Origin: a bacterium
GTDB taxonomy: Bacteria; Actinomycetota; Acidimicrobiia; Acidimicrobiales; Bin134
Assembly (NCBI GenBank): GCA_026705465.1
Contig: JAPPAP010000013.1
Span: 7,172 to 71,171, forward strand
Direction: 5' to 3'
Length of the DNA: 64,000 nucleotides
Both the position numbers and the translations under genes were made by a program. The notes under the pieces were generated by a model, which had not been told where the DNA came from, did not search any database, and saw only the letters and a list, made by a program, of their open reading frames with translations. Positions 9,910 through 18,528 of this stretch are shown here, one piece after another. How positions within the stretch are numbered: position 1 is the stretch's first letter; every line of letters starts with the position of its first letter.

Positions 9910-11832
9910 TCAGCGCACCTCGTAGATCGCGTACTCGCCCTGGGAGAACGCCAGTTCGCCCCGGCTGGCCCAGAACGCCTCGCTGACCCCCGCCCGGCGC
10001 TCAATCGGCCCCACCACCACGTAATCCACTCCGTAGTTGTTCAACAGTTCCTCAGCCCCCTCAAGACCGCTCAACATGGTACGGGCCTGCTCGCGGCGCG
10101 CATACCAGTCGGTGACCCCGAGGTCGTTTATCCAACCGGCGTATCCCACCACCGTCTGACGGCCGCTGAGCGCGGGCACCGGATGGGTGTGCTCGAAGCC
10201 GATCAAAAACACGCTGTCGGGCGGCGTGTGGTCCCGCGCCCACTCCCCGGCCGCCACCCCGTCGCCGGAGGCAATCGGGTGGGGCCACACATTCACTTCG
10301 GGATCGACCGCCTTCCAGACATCCAGCGCGCCCGCAAACGTGAGGACAAAGAACAGCGCCGCAGCCCCCACTGCTCCGTACCAGCCGATCGAGGCCAGCC
10401 TCACCAGCGCCGCAGCCCCCAGCAGCGACCCCAGCAGGATCACCGGGACGAACCAGTGGGTGTTGTTCCACGGATGCGACGGGGCCACCCGCACAAAGTT
10501 GGGCACGATGAGCCACAGCCACACCGGGATCGACCCCCACAGCACCACCCTGGGCAGCGTTCCCTTCCAAAGCTGCGCCGCCAGCATCACCAGCAGGAAG
10601 ACCCCGGCGTTTCGCCACCAGAACGTGAGCAGATTGTCCTGGTCGGGCGAGTAGCCGGGGGCCTGCATCCAGGGGCCGTCCACCCAGGTTTCCCAGACAA
10701 GCTCGGTGTTCAGCGGCTCGATCCACAGTGCGGCCGGCACCGAGAACGCCAATGCCGGTATGGCAAACAGCAGCCACTGCCACCGGCGATCGAGCACCGC
10801 CCAGATCAGGCCCAAGCCCAGTGCCATTCCGAAGGAGTACACGTGGAAAATGGGCATCAGGCCGACCATCACGCCCGCGAGGGCGAACAGCCGGCGCGAG
10901 CCCGTCTTGTGGGCCTCCCGCATGAGCACCACGGCAATCAGCAACAGCGAGAACCCGGCCAGAGTCGGCCGCTGGGGGAAGAGGTTCCCGGTGACCGCGT
11001 TCTCCATCAAAATGTTGCCCGCGTGGTGGCGGGTGTAGTCGGTGGGCAGATCCCAGACAACGCTCCAGCCCCCGTCGGACACATCGCCGAAGAACCGGAC
11101 CCACCCCAGCCCGCCGAACAGCGTGAACACCAACACGGCGACCACCCCCACCGCCCGACTGGCAAACAGCCTCACCCCCACCAGATACAAGACCGGCACG
11201 AAGGCAAAGGCCAGATAGCCCGACGACACCTCCAAGCCGCCAAAAGCGCTCAATCCGGCCCGGTCGAGCATGGCGGCGAAGAAGTCGATGCCGAAGTGGT
11301 AGGGCAGCCGATCGACCCCGAATGCGGTGGGCAGCTCAGGGGGAAAGTTCTCGGCGTGGGCGAACGATGAGGCGTAGGTGAGGTGTGCTTGCCAGTCGGT
11401 CCAAGACGAGAGGTGCCCGGCCAGAACACCCCCCGAGCCGTCGGGCACATAGGCCCGACTCAAGATCCACACGGTGAGCGCCCATGCCGGGGCGGTCAGG
11501 ATCAACAGCGGGGCCGGATTGTCGGGGCGGGAGATGGGCCGCATCAGGCGGCGGCGGAAGTCGCGGCACTCGATGCCGATCTGGTTGACGCCCGTCCACC
11601 AGCCAGCCCCCGAGATGGCGGTGGCCACCAGCGCCGACCCGGCCACCACTCGGCCGCTCAGTCCACCGGCCGCCCACCCGGCGGCGTAGCCCACCAGGGT
11701 GACCGCCATGAACCCGACCACCGCGCCGTAGGCCACCCGCTCCTCGATGCGGAGCTTCAGCCCCGACAAGTAGGTGAGGCCTATGCCGACGAGCACGCAG
11801 TCGGCAAGGAGCAGCACCACCCACAACTTCAC
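9910..11832 (-). CDS. Polytopic membrane protein, GT-C-like, with Chlor_Arch_YYY/DUF2298-like C-terminus
   Basis: DWQAH, LPYHFG, C-terminal SGRQTVVGY..YGVDYVVVGPIER. Confidence 0.6.
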   Translation of the reverse strand: MKLWVVLLLADCVLVGIGLTYLSGLKLRIEERVAYGAVVGFMAVTLVGYAAGWAAGGLSGRVVAGSALVATAISGAGWWTGVNQIGIECRDFRRRLMRPISRPDNPAPLLILTAPAWALTVWILSRAYVPDGSGGVLAGHLSSWTDWQAHLTYASSFAHAENFPPELPTAFGVDRLPYHFGIDFFAAMLDRAGLSAFGGLEVSSGYLAFAFVPVLYLVGVRLFASRAVGVVAVLVFTLFGGLGWVRFFGDVSDGGWSVVWDLPTDYTRHHAGNILMENAVTGNLFPQRPTLAGFSLLLIAVVLMREAHKTGSRRLFALAGVMVGLMPIFHVYSFGMALGLGLIWAVLDRRWQWLLFAIPALAFSVPAALWIEPLNTELVWETWVDGPWMQAPGYSPDQDNLLTFWWRNAGVFLLVMLAAQLWKGTLPRVVLWGSIPVWLWLIVPNFVRVAPSHPWNNTHWFVPVILLGSLLGAAALVRLASIGWYGAVGAAALFFVLTFAGALDVWKAVDPEVNVWPHPIASGDGVAAGEWARDHTPPDSVFLIGFEHTHPVPALSGRQTVVGYAGWINDLGVTDWYARREQARTMLSGLEGAEELLNNYGVDYVVVGPIERRAGVSEAFWASRGELAFSQGEYAIYEVR

Positions 11833-11890
11833 AGGCCCACGAACCTAGTGGTGAGTGCAGCTAGGCGGGCATTCACCCCTCGTCACGCGC

Positions 11891-12793
11891 CTAGTTGCGG
11901 GGAAGCCACCGACCGCAGAAGTCTCGGGGCCAGGGCTGGTCGCCTCTGCGGGCATAAAGCAGGCGGGCTCGGGCGTCTTGCTCCTCAGGGGGAGCGTGGG
12001 CCGGATTCCCGACGCCGCCCACCGTTCTCCACGTCCGGGGCTCGAATTGGTAGGCCCCGTAGAACAAACCGTTGGCGCTCTCGGCCCGGTAGTTGTTGGT
12101 GGACTCGCAAAAACGGAGGTTGTGCCAGTGCTGCTCGGTGGGCTCGATAAAACCGTTCTGCACCCGCTCGCGCTCGGCCATGTCGTTGATCCCCGCGATG
12201 TACACCACCCATTCGGCTTCTGCTATCGACTGCTCTGCTTCCCTTAGGCGGGTGTTCAACAAGGGAATGGACCTGTCCAGCCGCCGGGCGCGGGCCTCAG
12301 TTCGCTCCCGCTCACCCGGCACGTTCTCCCTGGCCTCTAGGGCTTCGTCAACCACCTCGGATACTTCCGACAACAGAGCGATTCGCCACAGTGCATCGGT
12401 GGCCTGGGAAACACCGAGAATGAACACCAAGTCCTCCACGTCGCCCCCCGACATGTACTCCTGCACGACCAGCTTCTCAGCCTCCTCCATGAGCAGCTGC
12501 TTGCCGGTGTCCACATCGTCGAGTTTGTCCAGTCGGCCCAGTTCAAGATGCAGTTCGTCGATCGTGCGCTCGAGCGCCCGCTGCAAGTTGTCGCGTGACG
12601 CGATGGCCGCCTCCAGGTCTTGCTGTGCTCGCTCCAGATCGCGCCATGGCGGCATGGCCGCCTGCACTGTCACCGCCGGAGGCCGCTCGTCGCCGCTGTC
12701 GGCCTGGCCGAAGGCGACGCCGCCAGTTGCCGCCATGGTGGCGGCCAGTGCAATAACAAGCACCGCTAGACGACTGCGCTCTTGAGCCCGCAA
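11891..12793 (-). CDS. Secreted coiled-coil protein with C-terminal resuscitation-promoting factor (Rpf) transglycosylase domain
   Basis: Signal peptide, coiled coil, CESTNN..FYGAYQF..TW..EQD..PWP..C; TTG 12793 with GGAG upstream (12805 is an alternative start). Confidence 0.85.
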   Translation of the reverse strand: MRAQERSRLAVLVIALAATMAATGGVAFGQADSGDERPPAVTVQAAMPPWRDLERAQQDLEAAIASRDNLQRALERTIDELHLELGRLDKLDDVDTGKQLLMEEAEKLVVQEYMSGGDVEDLVFILGVSQATDALWRIALLSEVSEVVDEALEARENVPGERERTEARARRLDRSIPLLNTRLREAEQSIAEAEWVVYIAGINDMAERERVQNGFIEPTEQHWHNLRFCESTNNYRAESANGLFYGAYQFEPRTWRTVGGVGNPAHAPPEEQDARARLLYARRGDQPWPRDFCGRWLPRN

Positions 12794-12887
12794 ACCCTCT
12801 CCCAAGTTCGGCTACCCTCGAAACGGGTTTACCGCACTGCCCTACGGGGCGGCAAAACCCCTTTCGGCTGCCTTCAATCTACCGACT

Positions 12888-13868
12888 ATGCCCACGATCC
12901 CTTCAAACGACGCTGGCCCGCACAGTGCGGCTCAACAGATCGACGCCGTCCTCGTCGTGTCGTTTGGCGGGCCGGAGGGGCCCGACGACGTAATGCCGTT
13001 TTTGCGCAACGTGACCCGCGGGCGACATGTCAGCGACAAGCGATTGGCCGCCGTGGCCGAGCACTATCACTTGTTCGGCGGCGCCAGCCCCATCAACCAG
13101 TGCAATCGCGATCTGATCGCCGCTTTGGCCGATGAGCTGGCCCGACGGGGGGCGGGGCTTCCGGTGTACTGGGGAAACCGGAACTGGACGCCCATGCTGG
13201 CCGACACCGTGGCCCAGATGCGCGACGACGGGATTGGCCGCGCAATGGGATTCGTGACCTCCGCCTTCGGCTCCTACTCCGGGTGCCGGCAATACAACGA
13301 GGACATCGAGGGGGCTCGGACTGCGGTGGGCCCCGGCGCTCCGGTGGTGTACAAGCTGCCCCCGTTCTGGGATCGGGAGGGATTCTTGTCGGCCATGGCC
13401 GAGAATCTGGCTGCGGCCCGCCAAGTCGAGCCCACCGCGCCGGTTGTGTTCACCGCCCACAGCATTCCCGAGTCCATGGCCGCGACCGCTCCCTATGTTG
13501 CGCAGCTCAACGAGGCATGCCGCCGGGTGGCGGAGAACACCGGAGCGAGCGAGTGGTCGCTGGCCTACCAGAGCCGCAGCGGCCCGCCCCAAGATCCGTG
13601 GCTGGAACCCGACATCGGCGACGAGCTGGACCGCTTGGCCACCTCGGGGGCCGACGCAGTGATCGTGGTGCCCATCGGCTTCGTGGCCGACCACATGGAG
13701 GTGATCTACGACCTCGACACCGAGGCCCGTCAGCGGGCCGACGCGCTCGGGCTGCGGTTCAATCGAGTTCCCACCGCGGGCACCCATCCCGCGTTCGTGG
13801 GGATGATCGCCGATTTGGTGCTGGGCCCCTTGCCGGCGCCCTGCCCGATCGACTGCTGCCTGCGATAG
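12888..13868 (+). CDS. hemH: Ferrochelatase (actinobacterial coproporphyrin type)
   Basis: SFGGPE, WGNRNW, FTAHSIP, YQSRSG..WLEP, GFVADHME; C-terminal CPIDCC. Confidence 0.93.
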   Translation: MPTIPSNDAGPHSAAQQIDAVLVVSFGGPEGPDDVMPFLRNVTRGRHVSDKRLAAVAEHYHLFGGASPINQCNRDLIAALADELARRGAGLPVYWGNRNWTPMLADTVAQMRDDGIGRAMGFVTSAFGSYSGCRQYNEDIEGARTAVGPGAPVVYKLPPFWDREGFLSAMAENLAAARQVEPTAPVVFTAHSIPESMAATAPYVAQLNEACRRVAENTGASEWSLAYQSRSGPPQDPWLEPDIGDELDRLATSGADAVIVVPIGFVADHMEVIYDLDTEARQRADALGLRFNRVPTAGTHPAFVGMIADLVLGPLPAPCPIDCCLR

Positions 13869-13874
13869 GCAGCC

Positions 13875-14558
13875 CTACTCGCGAGAGCCGATCTCGGTGT
13901 TGATCCAAGCGATCAACTGCGCCTGGTTGCGGGTCTGGGTCAGGATGTCGCCGGGGCCGCTGAAGTGGAACACGAATCCCTCGCCCGACTTCATCGACTG
14001 GATCGAGCGGCCCTCCACGGCTCGGCGCAGCTCGTAGCTGACGGTGTCGGGAAACGCCAGCATATGGCTGGTGTCCACCACCACTGTCTCGCCGGCGGCC
14101 AGCGAGATCACGTCGATGGCCCCGTAGGAGGCCACCACCACCTTGCCGATGCCCTCGGCGTGGGCCATGAACCCGCCCTCGCCGCCGACCAGCGACTTGA
14201 AGCCGCCCCACTTGGTGTCCATTTCCACTGAGGCATCGGAGGCCAGCCAGTTGCCCCGCTCGATGATCCACGACTGCGAGCCGTCCAGATCGATCACCCG
14301 AAGATCGCCGGGCAGCTTGGCCGCCACATCCACCCAGCCGCCCTCCGCCGGGGCGGTGTAGGTGGACACGAACAGCGACTCGCCGCCCAGCACGCTGCGC
14401 TTGAGCCCCTTGAGCACGCCGCCCTCCACCTTGGCCTCCAGCGACAATCCGGAGGAGTGGGCCGACATGGCTCCAGCCTCGACTTTGACCTGTTCACCCC
14501 CGCCGAGGATGCACCGGGCGACGGCGAAACTGGGGGCATGACGAATATCTACCTGCAT
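13875..14558 (-). CDS. TIGR00266/AIM24 family protein
   Basis: EAGAM, GGESLF, GGEGGF, VVDTSH, SGEG..F.GPG; ATG 14558 with TAGGCT 7 nt upstream. Confidence 0.88.
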   Translation of the reverse strand: MQVDIRHAPSFAVARCILGGGEQVKVEAGAMSAHSSGLSLEAKVEGGVLKGLKRSVLGGESLFVSTYTAPAEGGWVDVAAKLPGDLRVIDLDGSQSWIIERGNWLASDASVEMDTKWGGFKSLVGGEGGFMAHAEGIGKVVVASYGAIDVISLAAGETVVVDTSHMLAFPDTVSYELRRAVEGRSIQSMKSGEGFVFHFSGPGDILTQTRNQAQLIAWINTEIGSRE

Positions 14559-14622
14559 GACCGGCAGCCTACCCACCGTCTTTGGCGAACTGGTGGCGGG
14601 CTCGGGCGATCTCGCCGGGCTG

Positions 14623-16191
14623 TTACCCGATGTTCTTGTCCTGGTCTTCCCAGTAGGGCGCCCGCAACTCCCGTTTGAGCACCTTCATGGCCCCGGACAG
14701 GGGCAGCGGCTCGGCCCGGAACTCCACCGACTTGGGCACCTTGTATCCGGCGATGGTCTGGCGGGCGTGCTCGCACACCTCCTCTTCGGTCAGCTCGCTG
14801 TCGGGAGCGGGAACCACCACGGCGTGGACTGCTTCGCCCCAAACCGGGTCGGGGATGCCGATCACCGCCACCTGGGCCACGCCCGGATGGGTGGAGATGG
14901 CGCTCTCCACCTCGGAGGAGTACACGTTCTCGCCACCGGACACGATCATGTCCTTCACCCGGTCGACCAAGAACAGGTAGCCCTCCTCGTCGAGGTACCC
15001 GGCGTCGCCGGTGTGGTACCACCCGTCCCGGAACACCTCGGCTGTGGCCTCGGGCTTGTTCCAGTATTCCGACATGTAGTTGCCGCCCCGGGCGCACACC
15101 TCGCCGATCTCCCCGGTGGGCAGGATGTTGCCGTCCTCATCTTGGATGCAGAGGTTCACGCCGAATACCGGGCTGCCCACCGACCGCAGCTGCGGGCCGC
15201 CGGCCACATGGTCTTCGGCCGACAAAAGCGTGAGCACCGACGAGCACTCGGTCATGCCGTAGCCCTGGAGCAGGTTCACATCGGGCAGGTGCTCGAGCAG
15301 ATGGCTCAACACGGCCTCGGGCATCGGCGAGGCGCCGTAGACCAGCTCCCGCAGCGAGGCCAGCCGCTCGGGCCGGTATTCGGGGTGCTGGATGCACATG
15401 CCGATCATGGTGGGCACCATCACCGTCTGGGTGATGCCCTCGGCCTCGATGAGGTTCATCACTCCGGCGGGGTCGAAGGCGGGAATGGTCACCATCTTGG
15501 AACCAGACGCGGGAATCACCAGCAAGCTGGCCATGGACGCAGCGTGGAACAGCGGCGTCTGGCACAAGAACGCATCATCGTCTCTCGTGCCGCCCAGCCC
15601 GATGGCCACGTGGTACACGTTCAGCATCTCGGCCCGCTGCTGGAGCAGCACCCCCTTGGGCAATCCGGTGGTGCCGCCGGTGTACATGAGCACCACCGGG
15701 TCGTCTTCTTCGGGCTCGGGGGGAACGGTGTTGTCGCCGGCGGCCACCAAGTCCTCGTAGGCCACATCGTGGGGCACATCGCCGGGGCCGATGAGCACCA
15801 CGCTTCGGATGGGGCTGTCGCCGGCGGCCTCCATGGCCTTGACGAATGCCTCAGCGAAGAAGCCATCGACGAAGGCCACCTCGGTGCCCGAGTCCCTCAC
15901 GATGTAGTCCAATTCAGGCCCGGCCAGCCGCAAATTCAGCGGGTTCACCACCCCGGCGCCCAAATAGCAGGCGTGGTAAAGCTCCAGGTAGGAGGCGCTG
16001 TTGAGGGCCATGATGGCCACCCGGTCGCCCTTCTTCACACCCAACTCGCTGCCCATGGCATTGGCTAGCCGGGTTACCCGCTCGCCGTGGGAGGCGAAGC
16101 TGGCCCGGTACGCGCCGTCGACGATCGCCTCTTCGTTGGCGTACCGCTCCACTGCCGGGTAGAACTGCCGGTGATAGATCAGCTCTTTCAT
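14623..16191 (-). CDS. Long-chain fatty acid--CoA ligase
   Basis: YTGGTTGLPKG, GYGMTE, TGD, DRVKDMIVSGGEN. Confidence 0.92.
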   Translation of the reverse strand: MKELIYHRQFYPAVERYANEEAIVDGAYRASFASHGERVTRLANAMGSELGVKKGDRVAIMALNSASYLELYHACYLGAGVVNPLNLRLAGPELDYIVRDSGTEVAFVDGFFAEAFVKAMEAAGDSPIRSVVLIGPGDVPHDVAYEDLVAAGDNTVPPEPEEDDPVVLMYTGGTTGLPKGVLLQQRAEMLNVYHVAIGLGGTRDDDAFLCQTPLFHAASMASLLVIPASGSKMVTIPAFDPAGVMNLIEAEGITQTVMVPTMIGMCIQHPEYRPERLASLRELVYGASPMPEAVLSHLLEHLPDVNLLQGYGMTECSSVLTLLSAEDHVAGGPQLRSVGSPVFGVNLCIQDEDGNILPTGEIGEVCARGGNYMSEYWNKPEATAEVFRDGWYHTGDAGYLDEEGYLFLVDRVKDMIVSGGENVYSSEVESAISTHPGVAQVAVIGIPDPVWGEAVHAVVVPAPDSELTEEEVCEHARQTIAGYKVPKSVEFRAEPLPLSGAMKVLKRELRAPYWEDQDKNIG

Positions 16192-16245
16192 GACGGCAAC
16201 CGTAGCGCGAGACCGAGTGTGCCGGAGCGGGTCGAAGGAGGCGAG

Positions 16246-16734
16246 ATGGACGTCGAATCCACAGTGCGTTGGCTAAAGGATCGAGAGCTGATCAAGGAGG
16301 TTCCCCAGCGGTACGCCCGGGGTATCGACCTCATCGATTTCGAAATGGTGCGCTCCGCCTTCCACCCCGACTGCCAGATCAGCGGGACGGTGATCTCCGG
16401 GCCGCTCGACCCCTACCTGGACTGGACCGAGATGGAACTGCACAAGTTCGAGTCCACCTTGCACTTCATGGGCAACCAGTACATCGACCTCGAAGAGGGC
16501 GCCGATGAGGGTCACATTGAGACCTGGGCGGTGGCCTACCACATGCGCTCGGAGGACTCCGACGTGGGCGACCTCATCTTGGGCCTGCACTACTGCGACG
16601 ACGTGGCCCGCTTCGACGAGGGCTGGCTCATCACCGCCCGCACCGCCCGGCCCCAGTGGGCCCGCGGCGCATTCCCCAAACCCCCCGAAGAGCTGAAGAG
16701 CGACTGGCACGACGTAGACATCCGCCACGTCTGA
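16246..16734 (+). CDS. SnoaL-like/NTF2 family protein
   Basis: YARGID..AFHPD..TLHFMGN..YCDD..W; AAGGAGG RBS. Confidence 0.85.
   Translation: MDVESTVRWLKDRELIKEVPQRYARGIDLIDFEMVRSAFHPDCQISGTVISGPLDPYLDWTEMELHKFESTLHFMGNQYIDLEEGADEGHIETWAVAYHMRSEDSDVGDLILGLHYCDDVARFDEGWLITARTARPQWARGAFPKPPEELKSDWHDVDIRHV
16654..16734 (+). repeat. Copy 1 of 81-bp direct repeat (3' end of the SnoaL gene)
   Basis: 76/81 identical to 18415-18495 by manual alignment. Confidence 0.95.
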
Positions 16735-16758
16735 CCAAACGGCGGCGCCCACACAGAC

Positions 16759-16822
16759 ATCGCCCTCGCCGCCGCTCTCAACGCCCCCTAGTCACCCTCG
16801 ACACCCGCATAGCCCGCGCCGA
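16759..16822 (+). pseudogene. Frameshifted C-terminal remnant of a VapC/PIN toxin
   Basis: Reads IALAAALNAP/LVTLDTRIARA across a 1-nt loss; compare LALAESLSSPLVTADARIARA in 19344-19760. Confidence 0.7.
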
Positions 16823-16990
16823 CAAAAGCCCGATCGGTAGCGGAGACTGCCAACCGGCACGAGCCATGCCTGGGGCATCGACCTCATCGACGCCGACTTC
16901 CGCATCCACCGCTACGGCCCCCACAAATCCCAAGCCTTCACAGTCCACCCCTAACGGTCGGCCGGCACCAACGGGCTTTTGTCGGCGCGG
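16814..16990. repeat. 19-bp perfect inverted repeat pair (16814-16832 / 16972-16990) bounding a 177-bp segment
   Basis: CCGCGCCGACAAAAGCCCG and its exact reverse complement. Confidence 0.9.
16865..16954 (+). pseudogene. Chimeric remnant: SnoaL 5' fragment fused to PIN-toxin 3' end
   Basis: 16865-16890 matches 16312-16337 (22/26); 16887-16954 matches 19184-19251 (66/68); junction at shared TCGA. Confidence 0.85.
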
Positions 16991-16995
16991 TCGGG

Positions 16996-18279
16996 TCAGG
17001 GGCCGAGTGCGGTTATGGGCGCGACTTGTACTCCGTCGGGGCGGCGGTAGGCGGGTCCTGTGGGGGTTATAACCAGCAGGGACGCCATGTTGGCCGCGCG
17101 CTGGCGGGTTGTCTTTTGGTTGAGGCGAAGCAGTGTCTTGGCGGCTTTGTCGATGACGCTGGGGCTGGTATTGAGCTTCACTTCGACCGCGATCCATGTG
17201 CCGTCGGCCCGCTCGACGATGGCGTCGGCCTCGAGCCCGCCGCTGTCGCGGTAGTGGAAGACCATGGCGCGCTCGGCCTGGCTGTAGATGCGGAGATCTC
17301 GCACAGCCAGCGACTCGAACAGACAGCCGAAGGCGGTGTGGTCGGCCATCAGACGCTCAGGGGTGGCTCCGAGCATGGCGGCAGCCAGCGAAGGGTCGGC
17401 AAAGTGCCGCTTGGCCTCTTTCCTCAAGGTGGCCTTCGACCGGAGGCTCACAGCCCAGGCGGGCTGGTCCTCGACAACGAAGATGCGGCGCAAAGCGTCG
17501 AGGTAGGCAGCGACTGTATTGCGGGACGGGGGATGGCCGATGTCCATGTCGTCGGCCAGCTTGGTCATCTTGGCCTCTGTCGCCACGTTTAGGGCGATCG
17601 ACGCCATAAGCCGCCTCACCATGGTGGGGTCGTGCCTCACACCGTTGCCGGAGGGGATGTCTACGCGGGCGATCTCGTTGGCATAGTCGCCCACCGACGC
17701 CAAGGCGTCGTCCTCGCGGTGTCCGAGGCTCTGGGGCCAGCCGCCGGTGCAGATCGCCGAGGCGATGTCTCGCAAACGCACCGCCTCGTCCGGCAAACAG
17801 GAGACGGATTGACCGTCGAACAGCTCCTTCAGCGAGACGACGCCGGTCGACTGCCCCGTTTCCCACAGCGACATCGGCCTCAACAGCACCCGGCTGATGC
17901 GACCGGTGCCGGTGTGGCGGGTGACATCGTCTTGGGGGGCTGCCGAACCGGTGAGTATGAACTGGCCGGGCTCAGGCCGGTCATCGCACTCCCGGCGAAC
18001 CCTGTTCCACAAGTGCGGGGCGTTCTGCCACTCGTCTAACAGCCGGGGCGTGGAGCCTCGAAGCACCTCCACAGGGTCAGCAGAAGCCAGCAGGAGCGCC
18101 GCCTCGTCGTCAAGGCGGACCTCGCTGCGGGCGAAGTGGCGCGCCATCCAAGTCTTGCCGCACCCTCTCACCCCCTCGATGAGAACCGCCCCCCGCCTGC
18201 GAAGCGCGCTTTCGACTTCACGTCCCGCGACGCGGGGCAAATACCCGGGCATTGTGAGCGTGCCAGCCGCCTCAGCCAT
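16996..18279 (-). CDS. AAA_14 ATPase with DUF4143 (PD-(D/E)XK-like) C-terminus
   Basis: GVRGCGKT, LLDEWQ, ILTGSA, EADAIV..VEVK; start at 18279 or 18252. Confidence 0.88.
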   Translation of the reverse strand: MAEAAGTLTMPGYLPRVAGREVESALRRRGAVLIEGVRGCGKTWMARHFARSEVRLDDEAALLLASADPVEVLRGSTPRLLDEWQNAPHLWNRVRRECDDRPEPGQFILTGSAAPQDDVTRHTGTGRISRVLLRPMSLWETGQSTGVVSLKELFDGQSVSCLPDEAVRLRDIASAICTGGWPQSLGHREDDALASVGDYANEIARVDIPSGNGVRHDPTMVRRLMASIALNVATEAKMTKLADDMDIGHPPSRNTVAAYLDALRRIFVVEDQPAWAVSLRSKATLRKEAKRHFADPSLAAAMLGATPERLMADHTAFGCLFESLAVRDLRIYSQAERAMVFHYRDSGGLEADAIVERADGTWIAVEVKLNTSPSVIDKAAKTLLRLNQKTTRQRAANMASLLVITPTGPAYRRPDGVQVAPITALGP

Positions 18280-18310
18280 ATGTCGCCATTCCCCTTATCA
18301 AGAGCATCAC

Positions 18311-18402
18311 AAAGCACTTTGATGACAAACAATAGTGCGTTCTGATGCGTTATGATAACGCGTTCTAGGGATATTTCAAAGTGCGTTCTGGGAGACACGA
18401 AT
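18311..18402. promoter_or_regulatory. AT-rich 23-bp-period direct repeats upstream of the ATPase
   Basis: GCGTTCTR at 18337, 18360 and 18383; degenerate copy at 18314. Confidence 0.6.
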
Positions 18403-18414
18403 ACCGCGGGCCCT

Positions 18415-18495
18415 CAGTGGGCCCGCGGCGCATTCCCCAAACCCCCCGACGAGCTGAAGAGTGATTGGCACGACGTGGACATCCGCCACGTGTGA
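18415..18495 (+). repeat. Copy 2 of 81-bp direct repeat (orphan 3' end of the SnoaL gene)
   Basis: Encodes QWARGAFPKPPDELKSDWHDVDIRHV*; 5 differences from copy 1, all at third codon positions. Confidence 0.95.
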
Positions 18496-18528
18496 CCAAC
18501 TAACGGCGCTTATAGCCAGAGCGGCGAC

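Noticed and set aside
8791-11370. 859-aa plus-strand ORF
   Set aside because: Antisense shadow of two membrane genes; no motifs; typical high-GC artefact
18311-18402. Mini-CRISPR interpretation of the 23-bp repeats
   Set aside because: Conserved core is only about 8 bp and the period is far too short
16654-18495. Classical prophage/ICE attL-attR
   Set aside because: Only about 1.7 kb enclosed, no integrase, and the repeats are diverged; kept as a hotspot finding instead
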